The translations under genes were made by a program, and so were the position numbers. Source: Lingula anatina (Eukaryota > Animalia > Brachiopoda). From it: a stretch of 64,000 nt of DNA. Each line of letters starts with the position of its first letter. The stretch's first letter is position 1. Below, piece by piece: positions 49,221 through 61,225 of the stretch. The notes under the pieces were generated by a model. That model was not told the origin of the DNA. It did no database searches and was given only the letters and a program-made list of their open reading frames with translations. The stretch spans positions 66,442,788-66,506,787 of the forward strand of contig CM120640.1 of NCBI GenBank assembly GCA_051362555.1. The letters are read 5' to 3'.

Positions 49221-50587
49221 TGTACATGTACAGGCAGACGAGGCCAAACATTTGTATTCACAATAGCACAATATGTCCAGAATTTGTACATGGTCAATCA
49301 AAAAACATTTAAAAACTCTCTCATCATTTTGTGTAGATCAAGAAGTTAACATAAATGATATAACCATCCCAACCATTTGTTTAGGCAGGGCAGGCTAAGA
49401 CCTGTGAGCTTACGTGAATGAAAATTTAACAAAAGGAGTGCAGGAGGTAAAATTATTTAGCACTGTATTTAGCCTTAACATACTTTCTGTGACCAAAGTA
49501 CAGGGTAACAGGGCTGCTGGGCACCACGTTAAGAGGTCACCTTTTTGTGGTAAAGATTTTTGTAAACAGTGGGTATCAGATGTTTAATCATGGAAATGGA
49601 AGGGGGGGGGGGGGCAGAATAGCAATGCTTTTTTTACCAGCTTATACCTGCCATGGCTTTACTTCTTGACCAGAATTGATACTGAAAATTAAATAAATAA
49701 CAAATAAGAAGTTATATTATCTACTGTGTATAGTGCAGCTTGTTTTAGTGGCTGCATGACAATAATTAGAAGTTTCCAAAGGTTCATTGATCCAAATATT
49801 CACTATAAAACCTTGGACCAACAGATCATTTTATTAAAAGACTGATGAAACGTTATAGTTTTTTTTTTTATAAATGAACTTTTGGACAACTAAACCTTTG
49901 GACTATTGAGACACGCCCGTTTTAGTCTACTTACTGATACCAAATGCTAATTGGTTTGTGGTAGGTGAAGTACCTACTGCATGGTATGATAGACAGGAAA
50001 ATTCCAACCACATGTGTGCCATAGCTTTAAAGTCATTGGATTACATATTTTATAGTGAAATCAACACATCTGAGAAAAGTGACTGATACAAAACCTCAAC
50101 AAATGCAAATTTGATTTAGAAAAATGAATGTTTTGAAGGAGAAAGTATTGGAAAATATACAGATATACAGAAAATACATATATATATACGAAGCAGAAGA
50201 GAGACCAACAGATCATAACTAAACTGTTGATGAAATTAAGTTTTCTCTCTCTCCAATTGTGTTCTTATAAATGCCTTTTGCTGAAACAGCCAGACAAAGA
50301 CAAACATATATACCAGGCTAAAGAATCTCCCAAACATCCACAGCCTAATATAGTTTATGTGGTGTTGGGAAGGTGATCAAAAGTTGGTTATTCAGAGAAA
50401 ATGTCTGCCCAGTTTTTAGTGGCAAAATGTTAACCTGGGCACCTTTAATAAGATATTTCTGTTAAACAATATTTATACAATATGGATAATAGGCTTCATA
50501 AGAATGTGGCCACATGAGCAAATAGTTTTTCTTTTTGAAAAGTTTCTTTGTAGTGTATTTTATTTTCTTTTACAGCTGACAGACAAC

Positions 50588-51820
50588 ATGTTTTTGCAGG
50601 GATATTCTTTCTATAAAAAGTACTTTTTGCTGTTTTGCATAAGTGTCGCAGTGTTGCTCATATGTTGGAACCACACACTTTTTCTGGATCCGTTTACAAC
50701 AGTGATGACAGGCAAAGATATCAAACAAGGAGACAGTCACAGAAATGAGGTTGAATACATTAGGAATAATACAGTGACATATTCATCAAATTCAAATAAT
50801 GGAATGACAAGAGGCAAAAGGTTTGTCTACCTTGTCAATGCAAAAACCCGTACAGAAGTGACAGGATTAAAAGCTGATAAAGACAGAGATGTTTTCTGGT
50901 TAACTTTTAAAGTTGGAGACAAGACAGGAAATGTCAATGCTCCAAACTCGACGTGGAGTTCTGGGCGCAATATGATTTTAGATTATGCAATAGAACAAGC
51001 AAAAAAGAGAGGTGATGGTGGTTACTTGTACTACATATTCCTTGATAATGATGTTATTTTACAAACTCGCTCAGAGCCACATGTGAATTGGAAACCCTGG
51101 AGTGAAATGAAAGCAGACCCATATGAAAGATTTGAGGATTTCTTGCTGGAATTTGAACCTGCAGTTGGTTATGGTAGATATGCAGAACCTTATCGTCAAC
51201 ACCATGAGTTGGACAAACCAACTAACATAGGTTGGGATTTTGATGCCTGTTTCAATGCTTTTCACAGAGACACACTCTCCTTTCTTCTGCCATATGAGAC
51301 ATCAATGGACAATAGTTCCTGGTATAATGCACCATGGATAATGAAGCAGCTAATTTCTATGTTGTACAATACTCACCGCCTTCAATGTAATTCGGTGTAT
51401 GTGATAAATGAAGCGAGACACATGCAAAAGAAAAAATCTGGAACAGAGTACAAAGACAAGCAAAATTTTCAAACTCCAAGGAATTATCTTCTTCATGCAT
51501 TGCAACCAATGACACAAACCAATCCTCCGATTAAGAATCATCTCAAAGATGCCATTCTTAAAGGGAATAGAATCAGTCAATTACAAATACGCTATGCCCC
51601 AGGTGTAGGACAGAAAAAAGGCAACACATCATACATTGTTACAGATAAATTTATCTCAAAGTTTTGGAATAAAAATCATGCCTTTGTCAAAGGAAGACTT
51701 AAAGCCCGTGCAAAAGTGGCAGATCTTGTAAAACTGGAAGAGAATGAGAAGACAGAATTTGTTCCTGAACCAGTATATTCCTTGCCAAATTTTAAGCTAT
51801 CACTTACACCTCCAAAATAG
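50588..51820 (+). CDS. Type II membrane glycosyltransferase-like protein, paralog 1 (410 aa, single coding exon)
   Basis: Short tail, TM helix (YFLLFCISVAVLLICW), stem, YYIFLDND (DxD) motif; splice acceptor at ~50575 just upstream of the ATG. Confidence 0.75.
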   Translation: MFLQGYSFYKKYFLLFCISVAVLLICWNHTLFLDPFTTVMTGKDIKQGDSHRNEVEYIRNNTVTYSSNSNNGMTRGKRFVYLVNAKTRTEVTGLKADKDRDVFWLTFKVGDKTGNVNAPNSTWSSGRNMILDYAIEQAKKRGDGGYLYYIFLDNDVILQTRSEPHVNWKPWSEMKADPYERFEDFLLEFEPAVGYGRYAEPYRQHHELDKPTNIGWDFDACFNAFHRDTLSFLLPYETSMDNSSWYNAPWIMKQLISMLYNTHRLQCNSVYVINEARHMQKKKSGTEYKDKQNFQTPRNYLLHALQPMTQTNPPIKNHLKDAILKGNRISQLQIRYAPGVGQKKGNTSYIVTDKFISKFWNKNHAFVKGRLKARAKVADLVKLEENEKTEFVPEPVYSLPNFKLSLTPPK

Positions 51821-52741
51821 TTTAGTGTTTTAAAGGGGATATGCACTTATGTTGAATTTAACATTGGGATTCAGTTGTGGTAACAATTTTTCTTTGTTCT
51901 TCTAAAAGGTCCATAAATTGGACACTTCATAAGGAAAGAAATGGAATGAATGTTATATACTTCTAAAATAAGTTTACTTATAAATGTGAATTATTTATAT
52001 ATATTCTTTTAAACAGATTCATAAAACATCAAACACCTTTGGCAAGAAAAAGCAAGACAATTGTGTGAATATTACCAAACATTCTTTTACTTTGTAAAGA
52101 AGAAACTTCTTTTAAAAAAGTATGTCATTTTTAGAAGCATTAATTGATTTTGCTTTGAATTTCTTGTGTTTGAATTGTCATAACCTATGCAATAGCGCAG
52201 TTTATAGACTACTGTGCACATTGTTTCCATACATTGGAATTAGTTAATATGTTGTGACCCATGGAAAAGAATAAACATTATGAATAAAGTACACATGGCT
52301 TATCATCATTAGTCCCATCAATAGCTAGCAATACCTAGTTTTGTGGAGAAAAACCTCATCCTTTATTTGTGGAGCAATACATGATTCTAGGACAATTCTA
52401 CATGGTGACAATTCCATTCTAGGACACATTGATAAAGTATTATTCAAGTTCACTTTAGTATAAAATATAATTTTCCATTTTCTTAACAAGGTGAAATATT
52501 CTCAACACTTGATTTGGAGGGGGGGGGGTATTTGGGAACTATTGCACAGGGGTAATTGTCCTGGTAACCATCACTGAACTGGTAGATCATTTAAAAAAAT
52601 AACTGCATTTTTTAAAGATATTTTATCAGATAATTTTTGTTAGTTAACAATATTCGTACAATATGGTGGTTGCATAAAAATCTGGCCCCATGTGATAATT
52701 TACCAAAATGCCAATTTGTAAAGTGTTGTTCTTTTTTACAG

Positions 52742-53989
52742 ATGGAAGGCATTGTGTTAGTGCGTGGACATTTACTCCCTAAAAAGTATATTGTGCTGTT
52801 TTGCTTAAGTGCTACAGTGTTGCTGCTATGTTGGAACTACACTCTTTATATGGATGCTGACATAAAAGTGATGACAGGCAAAGCTAACAAACAAGGAAGC
52901 GGGCACAAAAAGGAACCAGTGGACAATGGGATTAATACGGTGACATCAAATTCAAATGATGGAATGACAAGAGGCAAAAGGTTTGTCTACCTTGTCAATG
53001 CAAAAACCCGTACAGAAGTGACAGGATTAAAAGCTGATAAAGACAGAGATGTTTTCTGGTTAACTTTTAAAGTTGGAGACAAGACGGGAAATGTCAATGC
53101 TCCAAATTCCACATGGAGTTCTGGGCGCAATATGATTTTAGATTATGCAATAGAACAAGCAAAAAAGAGAGGTGATGGTGGTTATTTGTACTATATTTTC
53201 CTTGATAATGATGTCATTTTACGAACTCGCTCAGAGCCACATGTGAATTGGAAACCCTGGGGGGAAATGAAAGCAGACCCATATGAAAGATTTGAGGATT
53301 TCTTGCTGGAATTTGAACCTGCAGTTGGTTATGGTAGATATGCAGAACCTTATCGTCAACACCATGAGTTGGACAAACCAACTAACATAGGTTGGGATTT
53401 TGATGCCTGTTTCAATGCTTTTCACAGAGATACCCTCTCCTTTCTTCTGCCATATGAGACATCAATGGACAATAGTTCCTGGTATAATGCACCATGGATA
53501 ATGAAGCAGCTAATTTCTATGTTGTACAATACTCACCGCCTTCAATGTAATTCTGTATATGTGGAAAACAAGTTTTTACACGCAAAGAAGAGTCCTTCAG
53601 AAAAAGGGCCTAATGTGTACAATGACAAACAAAATTTTCATATTCCAAGGAATTATCTTTTTCATGCATTGCAACCAATGGCACAAACCAATCCTGTGAT
53701 AAAGAATCATCTCAAAGATGCCATTCTTAAAGGGAATAGTATCAGTCAATTACAAATACGCAATGCCCCAGGTGTTGGGCAGAAAAAAGGCAACACATCA
53801 TACATTGTTACAGATAAATTTATCTCAAATTTTTGGAATATAAGTCATGCCTTTGTCAAAGGAAGACTTAAAGCCCGTGCAAAAGTGGCGGATCTTTTGA
53901 AACTGAAAGAGAAAGAGAAGACAGAATTTGTTCCCGATCCAGTATATTCCTTGCCAAATTTTAAGCTGTCACTGGAACCCCCAAAATAG
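52742..53989 (+). CDS. Type II membrane glycosyltransferase-like protein, paralog 2 (415 aa)
   Basis: tttttacag|ATG start; core nearly identical to paralog 1. Confidence 0.75.
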   Translation: MEGIVLVRGHLLPKKYIVLFCLSATVLLLCWNYTLYMDADIKVMTGKANKQGSGHKKEPVDNGINTVTSNSNDGMTRGKRFVYLVNAKTRTEVTGLKADKDRDVFWLTFKVGDKTGNVNAPNSTWSSGRNMILDYAIEQAKKRGDGGYLYYIFLDNDVILRTRSEPHVNWKPWGEMKADPYERFEDFLLEFEPAVGYGRYAEPYRQHHELDKPTNIGWDFDACFNAFHRDTLSFLLPYETSMDNSSWYNAPWIMKQLISMLYNTHRLQCNSVYVENKFLHAKKSPSEKGPNVYNDKQNFHIPRNYLFHALQPMAQTNPVIKNHLKDAILKGNSISQLQIRNAPGVGQKKGNTSYIVTDKFISNFWNISHAFVKGRLKARAKVADLLKLKEKEKTEFVPDPVYSLPNFKLSLEPPK

Positions 53990-54637
53990 TTCAGTATTTT
54001 AAAGGAGATATGCAAGAAATTGAACATAATTCATAAGTCCAGATTTGCACTCAGGTTGAATTTATATTGGGAATCAGTTGTAGTAACAATTTTTTGTTCT
54101 TATAAAAGGTCCATTAATTGGCCTCTTCATAAGGAAAGAAATGGAATGAACATTAAATACTTCTGAAATAAGTTTATTTATATAGGTGAATTCTTTTATA
54201 CATAAGACTGCATACAACTTTGGCAAGAAAAAGCAAGCCAATTGTGTGAATATTACCAAACATTCTTTTACTTTGCAAAGAAGAAACTTCTTTTTTAAAA
54301 AGTTTGTAACTTTTACATGCAGAAGCATTAATTGATTTTGTTTTGAATTTGTTGTGTTTGGTTTGTCATAACCTTTGCAAAAGTGCAGTTTAAACTTTAC
54401 TGCGCATATTGTTTCTATACATTAGTTAATATGTTGTGATCCATTTAAAAGAATAAAAATTATTATAAAAATAAAGCACACATAGCTTGTTATCAATAGT
54501 CTCATCAATAGCTAGCAATACCTATTTTTGGGAAGAAAAAAAACTCACCCTTTATTTGTGGAACAATACATTAACATGATTCTAGGACAACTCTACATGG
54601 TGACAATTTCATTCTAGGACCTGTTGATTAAGTATTA

Positions 54638-57600
54638 TTGTACCACCAGCGTAGGTGCTGGCGGTACACATGGTTTTAGTCCCATCCGGACCGTTCCGCC
54701 GGCTCCTGCCGCTCTGCCGGCATGTTACCGTTACCGCTTCTCCTCCTAGACGATAAGGGCCTTCGTACCCATCTCTTGGATTTAGGTCACCTATAATCTC
54801 AACTCGTTCCACGTAAAATTTGGGCTTTGTCGGTATTGGGGTCCAGGTGTGGCACTCATTGCAATGCACCCTTGTCCAAAAATGGCAAAATTAAATGCTA
54901 ATTATCTACCCTACGGAAGGAATTATGGGAAAAATTTCTACAGGCAGCTTTCCAAAAGTCATATGTGTAGATTTCAAATATGCCCTTGGATTTGACCTTT
55001 GACCTTTATTTCAAGGTCAAACGGGCCAAAATTTTCAAAAAAACGAAATTTTTTACGAAAAAAAAATTATTTGTGCTGTTTTTCAGACACCAGACAGACT
55101 TAACCAATAATATTATTGAAAAGTGTTACCCTTCATGTCATCTTTCATCTCCGTGAATTTTGGGTCAATCGGTGCATTTTCACAGGAGTAGCGGCCATAA
55201 GATACCGAAACTGAAAACTGTCTCTAATTCGGGAACCGTTAATGCTAGAGACCCATTCTTTTTTGCATTTTGTAGAGCATGTAAAGCCCAACACTGTGAG
55301 TGGTCTCCGTTTTTTTGTATTCCATACGGTTTTCGGGTTACGCTATATCAAAAAGTACATATTGGTGGTGAAAGCAAAATGTGCAGTACGGTAATGGATA
55401 ATAAATTTTGAACCCCAGAAAAACTAGAGGATCAGAGAGGCGATACCGCCTCCGAATATTGTACCACCAGCTGGAGCAAGCGCATTCGTATAGACCCCCA
55501 CATACACAAAATAAGGGACACAGCCACCAGTCTTTTGCTTGACAAGCTGTAAAAATGCAATCAACTAGAATTTTCAAAATATGCAAAAAAGTATATCAAA
55601 AGTTCATCAAAAGGTAGGTGAAAGGTCAATTTCACAGTAAGATTGCCAGTATATGACTTCCTATTCAACTTCAAAAGTAACTTTGGACCTATCTCTGCCA
55701 GTTTGGGAGATAAAAGGGAAGCAAAATTTTCAAAGTTCAGTTCATGGTGAAAAGTAGGTCAAAGGTCAATTTTAAGGTCACATTAAGATTGCCAGTATAT
55801 GGCTTCCTATTCAACTTCAATAGTAACTATGGACCTATCTCTGCCAGTTTTGGATATGAAAGGGAAGCAAAATTTGCAAAATTCAGTTCATGGTGAAAAG
55901 AAGGTCAAAGGTCAATTTCAAGGTCACATTTAGATTGCCAGTGTATGACTTTCTATTCAAGTTCAATAGTAACTATGGACCTATCTCTGCCAGTTTTGGA
56001 GATAAAAGAGAAGCAAAATTTGGAAAGTTCAGTTCATGGTGAAAAGTAGGTCAAAGGTCAATTTCAAGGTCACATTTAGATTGCCAGTGTATGACTTGCT
56101 ATTCAAGTTCAATAGAAACTATGGACCTATCTCTGCCAGTTTTGGAGATAAAAAGGAAGCAAAATTTGCAAAGTTCAGTTCATGGTGAAAAGTAGGTCAA
56201 AGGTCAATTTCAAGGTCACATTTGGATTGCCAGTATATGACTTCCTATTAAAGTTCAATAGTAACTATGGACCTATCTCTGCCAGTTTTGGAGGTAAAAG
56301 GGCAGCAAAATTTGCAGAGTTCAGTTCATGGTAAAAAGTAGGTCAAAGGTCAATTTCAAGGTCACATTTAGATTGCCAGTATATGACTTCCCATTCAAGT
56401 TCAATAGTTACTATGGACCTATCTCTGCCAGTTTGGGAGATAGAAGGGAATAAAATTTGCAAAGTTCAGTTCATGGTGAAAAGTAGGTCAAAGGTCAATT
56501 TCAAGGTCACTTTCCAATAACATTATTGGTTAAGTCTGTGTGGTGTCTGAATAACAGGGCAAAAAAAATTTTTTTCATAAAAAATATTATTTTTTTGAAA
56601 ATTTTGGCCCGTTTGACCTTGAAGTAAAGGTCAAAGGTCAAGTCTAAGGGCATATTTGAAATCTACACATATGACTTTTGGAAAGCAGTCTGTAGAAATT
56701 TTTCCCATAACCCCTTCCGTAGGGTAGATAATTAGCATTTAATTTTGCCATTTTTGGACAAGGGTGCATTGCAGTGAGTGCCACACCCAGACCCCAATAC
56801 CGGCAAAGCCCAAATTTTATGTGGAACGAGCTGAGATTATAGGTGACCTAAATCCATGAGATGGGTACGGGGGCCCTTACCGTCTAGGAGGAGAAGCGGT
56901 AACGGTAGCCGTCCGGCGGAGCCGGCGGAACGATCCGGACGAGACCGAAACCATGTGTACCGCCAGCGCTAACGCTGGTGGTACAATAAAACATAAGGCT
57001 TGGCGAGGCAGACAACTTGTGGTCAAAAATGACATTATTTCATCAAATTTGAACATCTGGAACTTCAGAGCACCTCCCATTTCAAGAATTTTGACCAAAA
57101 TGATTCTGTAGGAAATTTATGGCACATTATTGTAACTCCAAAATTATAACATTTAGTGCCTTATATCTCCAAAACTGGCAGAGATAGGTCCATGCTTACC
57201 ATTGAACTTGAATAGGAAGTCATATACTGGCAATCTAAATGTGACCTTGAAATTGACCTTTGACCTACTTTTCATCATGAATGGAACTTTGCAAATTTTG
57301 ATTCCCTTTCATCTCCAAAACTGGCAGAGATAGGTCCATAGTTACTATTGATCTTGAATAGGAAGTCATATACTGGCAATCTAAATGTGACCTTGAAATT
57401 GACCTTTGACCAACTTTACACCATAAACTGAACTTTGCAACTTTTTAATGCTTTTATTTTCAAAACTGGCAGAGATAGGTCCATAATTGTTACTATTGAG
57501 CTTGAATATGAAGTCATTAGAGGCAATTTACTGTGACCTTAAAATTGACCTTTGACCTACTTTTTACCATTAATTAACTTTGCAAATTTTGGTTCCTTTT

Positions 57601-58514
57601 TATCTCCAAAACTGGCAAAGATACGCCCTTAGTTGCTATTGAACTTGAATAGGAAGTCATATACTGACAATCTAAATGTGACCTTGAAATTGACCTTTGT
57701 CCTACTTTTCATCATGAATGGAACTTTGCAAATTTTGGTTCCCTTTTATCTCCAAAACTGGCAAAGATACACCCATAGTTACTATTGAATTTGAATAGGA
57801 AATCACATACTGGCAATCTAAGTGTGACCTTGAAATTGACCTTTGACCTACTTTTTATCATGAATTGAAGTTTACAAATTTTGGTTCCCTTTTATCTCCA
57901 AAACTAGCAGAGATAGGTCCATAGTTGCTATTGAACTTGAATAGGAAGTCATATACTGAAAATTTACTGTGAACTTAAAATTGACCTTTGACCTACTTTT
58001 TACCATGAACTTCACTTTGCAAATTTTGGTTCCCCTTTATCTCCAAAACTGGCAAAGATACGCCCATAGTTACTATTGAATTTGAATAGGAAGTCACATA
58101 CTGGCAATCTAAGTGTGACCTTGAAATTGACCTTTGACCTACTTTTTATCATGAATTGAAGTTTACAAATTTTGGTTCCCTTTTATCTCCAAAACTAGCA
58201 GAGATAGGTCCATAGTTGCTATTGAACTTGAATAGGAAGTCATATACTGAAAATTTACTGTGACCTTGAAATTGACCTTTGACCTACCTTACTATGAACT
58301 AAACTTTGATTGTACCATTTTTAGTTATATATATATATATTTGTTTTTTTTGCATATTTTGAGAATTCTTGTTGATTGCATTTTTTACAGCTTGTCAAGC
58401 ACAAGACTGGTGGTGGTGTCCCTTTTTTGTGTGTGTGGGGGTCTATACGATCACGCTTACTCCAGCTGGTGGTACAATATTCGGAGGCGGTATCGCCTCT
58501 CTGATCCTCTAGTT
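54638..58514 (+). mobile_element. Helentron-type element copy 2, interrupted by copy 3
   Basis: Reverse complement of copy 1 in two pieces (54638-55421 and 56987-58514); ~8 146-bp units. The empty site is visible in the paralogous spacer at ~52437-52453. Confidence 0.85.
55422..56986 (-). mobile_element. Helentron-type element copy 3, nested in copy 2, with an internal deletion
   Basis: AACTAGAGG...GGTACAA ends inserted into the gaaaaa/taaaacat junction that is uninterrupted in copy 1; ~7 146-bp units. Confidence 0.85.
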
Positions 58515-58812
58515 TAAGTTCACTTAAATGTAAAATATAAGTCTCCATTTTCTCAACAGGGTGAAATATTCTAAACACTTGAATTGGGAGGGGGGCTATT
58601 TGGGGACTATTGCACAGGGGTAATTGTCCTGGTACCCATCACTGAACTGGTAGATCGTTAAAAAAAGTACTGCATTTCTTAAAATAGTTTATCAGATAAT
58701 TGTTGTTTGTTAAGAATATTCATACAATATGGGTAATTGGTTGCATAAAAATCTGGCCCCATGAGATAATTTACCAAAATGCCAATTTGTAAAGTGTTGT
58801 ACTTTTTTACAG

Positions 58813-60066
58813 ATGGCAGGCATCATGTTAGTACGTGGACTTTCACTCTCTAAAAAGTATATTTTGCTGTTTTGCATAAGTGCTACAGTGTTGCTATGTT
58901 GGAACTACACTCTTTATATGGATGCTGTCATAAAAGTGAAGACAGGCAAAGGTATCAGACTAAGAGACAATCACAAAAAGGAGCATAAGACCAATTTTGG
59001 GAATAACACATTGCCATATTCATCACATTTAAATGATAAAATGACAAGAGGTAAAAGGTTTGTCTACCTTGTCAATGCATATACCTGCACAGAAGTGACA
59101 GGATTAAAAGCTGATAAAAACAGAGATGTTTTCTGGTTAACTTTTAAAGTTGAGGACAAGACGGGAAATATCAATGCTCCAAATTCCACGTGGGGTTCTG
59201 GGCGCAATATGATTTTAGATTATGCAATAGAACAAGCAAAGAAGAGAGGTGATGGTGGTTACTTGTACTACATATTCCTTGATAATGATGTTATTTTACA
59301 AAATCGCTCAGAACCACATGTGAATTGGAAACCCTGGAGTGAAATGAAAGCAGACCCATATGAAAGATTTGAGGATTTCTTGCTGGAATTTGAACCTGCA
59401 GTTGGTTATGGTAGATATGCAGAACCTTATCGTCAGCACCATGAGTTGGACAAACCAACTAACATAGGTTGGGATTTTGATGCCTGTTTCAATGCTTTTC
59501 ACAGAGACACACTCTCCTTTCTTTTGCCATATGAGACATCAATGGACAATAGTTCCTGGTATAATGCACCATGGATAATGAAGCAGCTAATTTCTATGTT
59601 GTACAATACTCACTGCCTTCAATGTAATTCGGTGTATGTGATAAACAAGTTTTTACACACACAGAAGAGTCCTTCAGAAAAAGGGCTTACTGTTTACAAG
59701 GACAAACAGAATTTTCATATTCCTAGGAATTATCTTCTTCATGCATTGCAACCAATTTTAAAAGCCAATCCTCTGATTAAGAATCATCTCAAAGATACCA
59801 TTCTTAAAGGGAATACCACCAGACATTTACAAATACGCTATGCCCCAGGTGTTGGACAGAAAAAAGGCAACACATCATACATTGTTACGGATAAATTTAT
59901 CTCAAAATTTTGGGATAAAAACCATGCTTTTGTCAAAGGTAGACTTAAAGCCCGTGCAAAAGTGGCAGATCTTTTGAAACTGGAAGAGAAAGAGAAGACA
60001 GAATTTGTTCCTGACCCAGTATACTCTTTACCAGATTTTAAGCTGTCACTGGAATCTCCAAAATAG
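58813..60066 (+). CDS. Type II membrane glycosyltransferase-like protein, paralog 3 (417 aa)
   Basis: tttttacag|ATG start; same TM, DxD and core as paralogs 1 and 2. Confidence 0.75.
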   Translation: MAGIMLVRGLSLSKKYILLFCISATVLLCWNYTLYMDAVIKVKTGKGIRLRDNHKKEHKTNFGNNTLPYSSHLNDKMTRGKRFVYLVNAYTCTEVTGLKADKNRDVFWLTFKVEDKTGNINAPNSTWGSGRNMILDYAIEQAKKRGDGGYLYYIFLDNDVILQNRSEPHVNWKPWSEMKADPYERFEDFLLEFEPAVGYGRYAEPYRQHHELDKPTNIGWDFDACFNAFHRDTLSFLLPYETSMDNSSWYNAPWIMKQLISMLYNTHCLQCNSVYVINKFLHTQKSPSEKGLTVYKDKQNFHIPRNYLLHALQPILKANPLIKNHLKDTILKGNTTRHLQIRYAPGVGQKKGNTSYIVTDKFISKFWDKNHAFVKGRLKARAKVADLLKLEEKEKTEFVPDPVYSLPDFKLSLESPK

Positions 60067-60533
60067 TTCAGTGTTTTAAAGGGTACATGCAAGAAATTGA
60101 AAATAAATCCAGTTTTGCACTTAGATTGAATTTATATTGGGATTCAGTTGTGGTAACAATTTTTTTCTTCTAAAAGGTCCATACGTAAATTGGAAACTTT
60201 ATAAGGAAAGAAATGGTATGGAGATTATATGCTTCTAAAATAAGTCATTTTTAGAAGCATTAATTGATTTTACTTTGAATTTGCACTTATTGTTTCATTT
60301 GTCATAACCTTTGCAACAATGCACTTTAAATACTATTGTGCACATTGTTTCCATAGATTGGAATAAGTTAATCTGTTGTGACTGTGAAGCACGTAAAGGA
60401 ATAAAAAGAATGAAGGAAGTACACAAAGTTTATTATCAATAGTCCCATCAACAGCTAACAATACCAAGTTTAGTGGAGAAAAATCTCACCTTTTATTTGT
60501 GGAACAATACATTAACACTATTCTAGGACAATG

Positions 60534-60730
60534 ACCTCCTCACATGTAGACTACTGCAACTATTTTTTTTCTATGGCTGTACCAAAGAACAAATAAAAAA
60601 ACTGCATCAAATTAAAAATATTTCAGCGCATCTTTTTAACCTGCACAGCCAGGGAGACTCGTGTCACACCCGTTTTAAAGCAATTGCACTGGCTTCCTGT
60701 TATAGGAGGTATTTTATTCAAAATTTTAAC
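60534..60730 (+). mobile_element. L2/CR1-type LINE fragment (RT C-terminal region)
   Basis: Degenerate translation VDYCN ... VTPVLKQLHWLPV...ILFKIL matches the L2-clade motifs SRLDYCN and HITPVL..LHWLPV..RI.FK. Confidence 0.7.
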
Positions 60731-60731
60731 T

Positions 60732-61225
60732 TGGACAATAGTTCCTGGTATAATGCACCATGGATAATGAAGCAGTACTCACCACCTTCAATGTTATTCT
60801 GTGTATGTGAAAAACAAGTTTCTACACCCACAGAAAAAGGGCTTACTGTTTACAACGACAAACAAGATTTTCATATTCCAAGGAATTATCTTTTTCATGC
60901 ATTGCAACCAATGGCACAAACCAATCCACTGATTAAGAATAGTCTCAAAGATGCCATTCTTAAAAAGGGAATATTATCAGTCAATTACAAATATGCGATG
61001 TCCCAGGTGTTGGGCAGAAAAAAGGCAACACATCATACATTGTTACAGATAAATTTATCTCCACATTCTGGGATAAAAATCATGCCTTTGTCAAAGGTAG
61101 ACTTAAGGCCCGTGCAAAAGTGGCAGATCTTTTGAAACTGGAAGAGAAAGAGAAGACAGAATTTGTTCCAGATCCAGTATATTCCTTGCCAAATTTTAAG
61201 CTGTCGCTAGAACCTCCAGAATAGT
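60732..61225 (+). pseudogene. 5'-truncated, frameshifted glycosyltransferase-like paralog 4
   Basis: Begins at DNSSWYNAPWIMKQ, has small deletions and frameshifts, and ends ...YSLPNFKLSLEPPE*. Confidence 0.85.

Noticed and set aside
50504-52741. Longer N-termini for glycosyltransferase-like paralogs 1 and 2 given by the ORF track
   Set aside because: The extensions run through polypyrimidine tracts and acceptors and are not conserved; ATGs at 50588 and 52742 are preferred.
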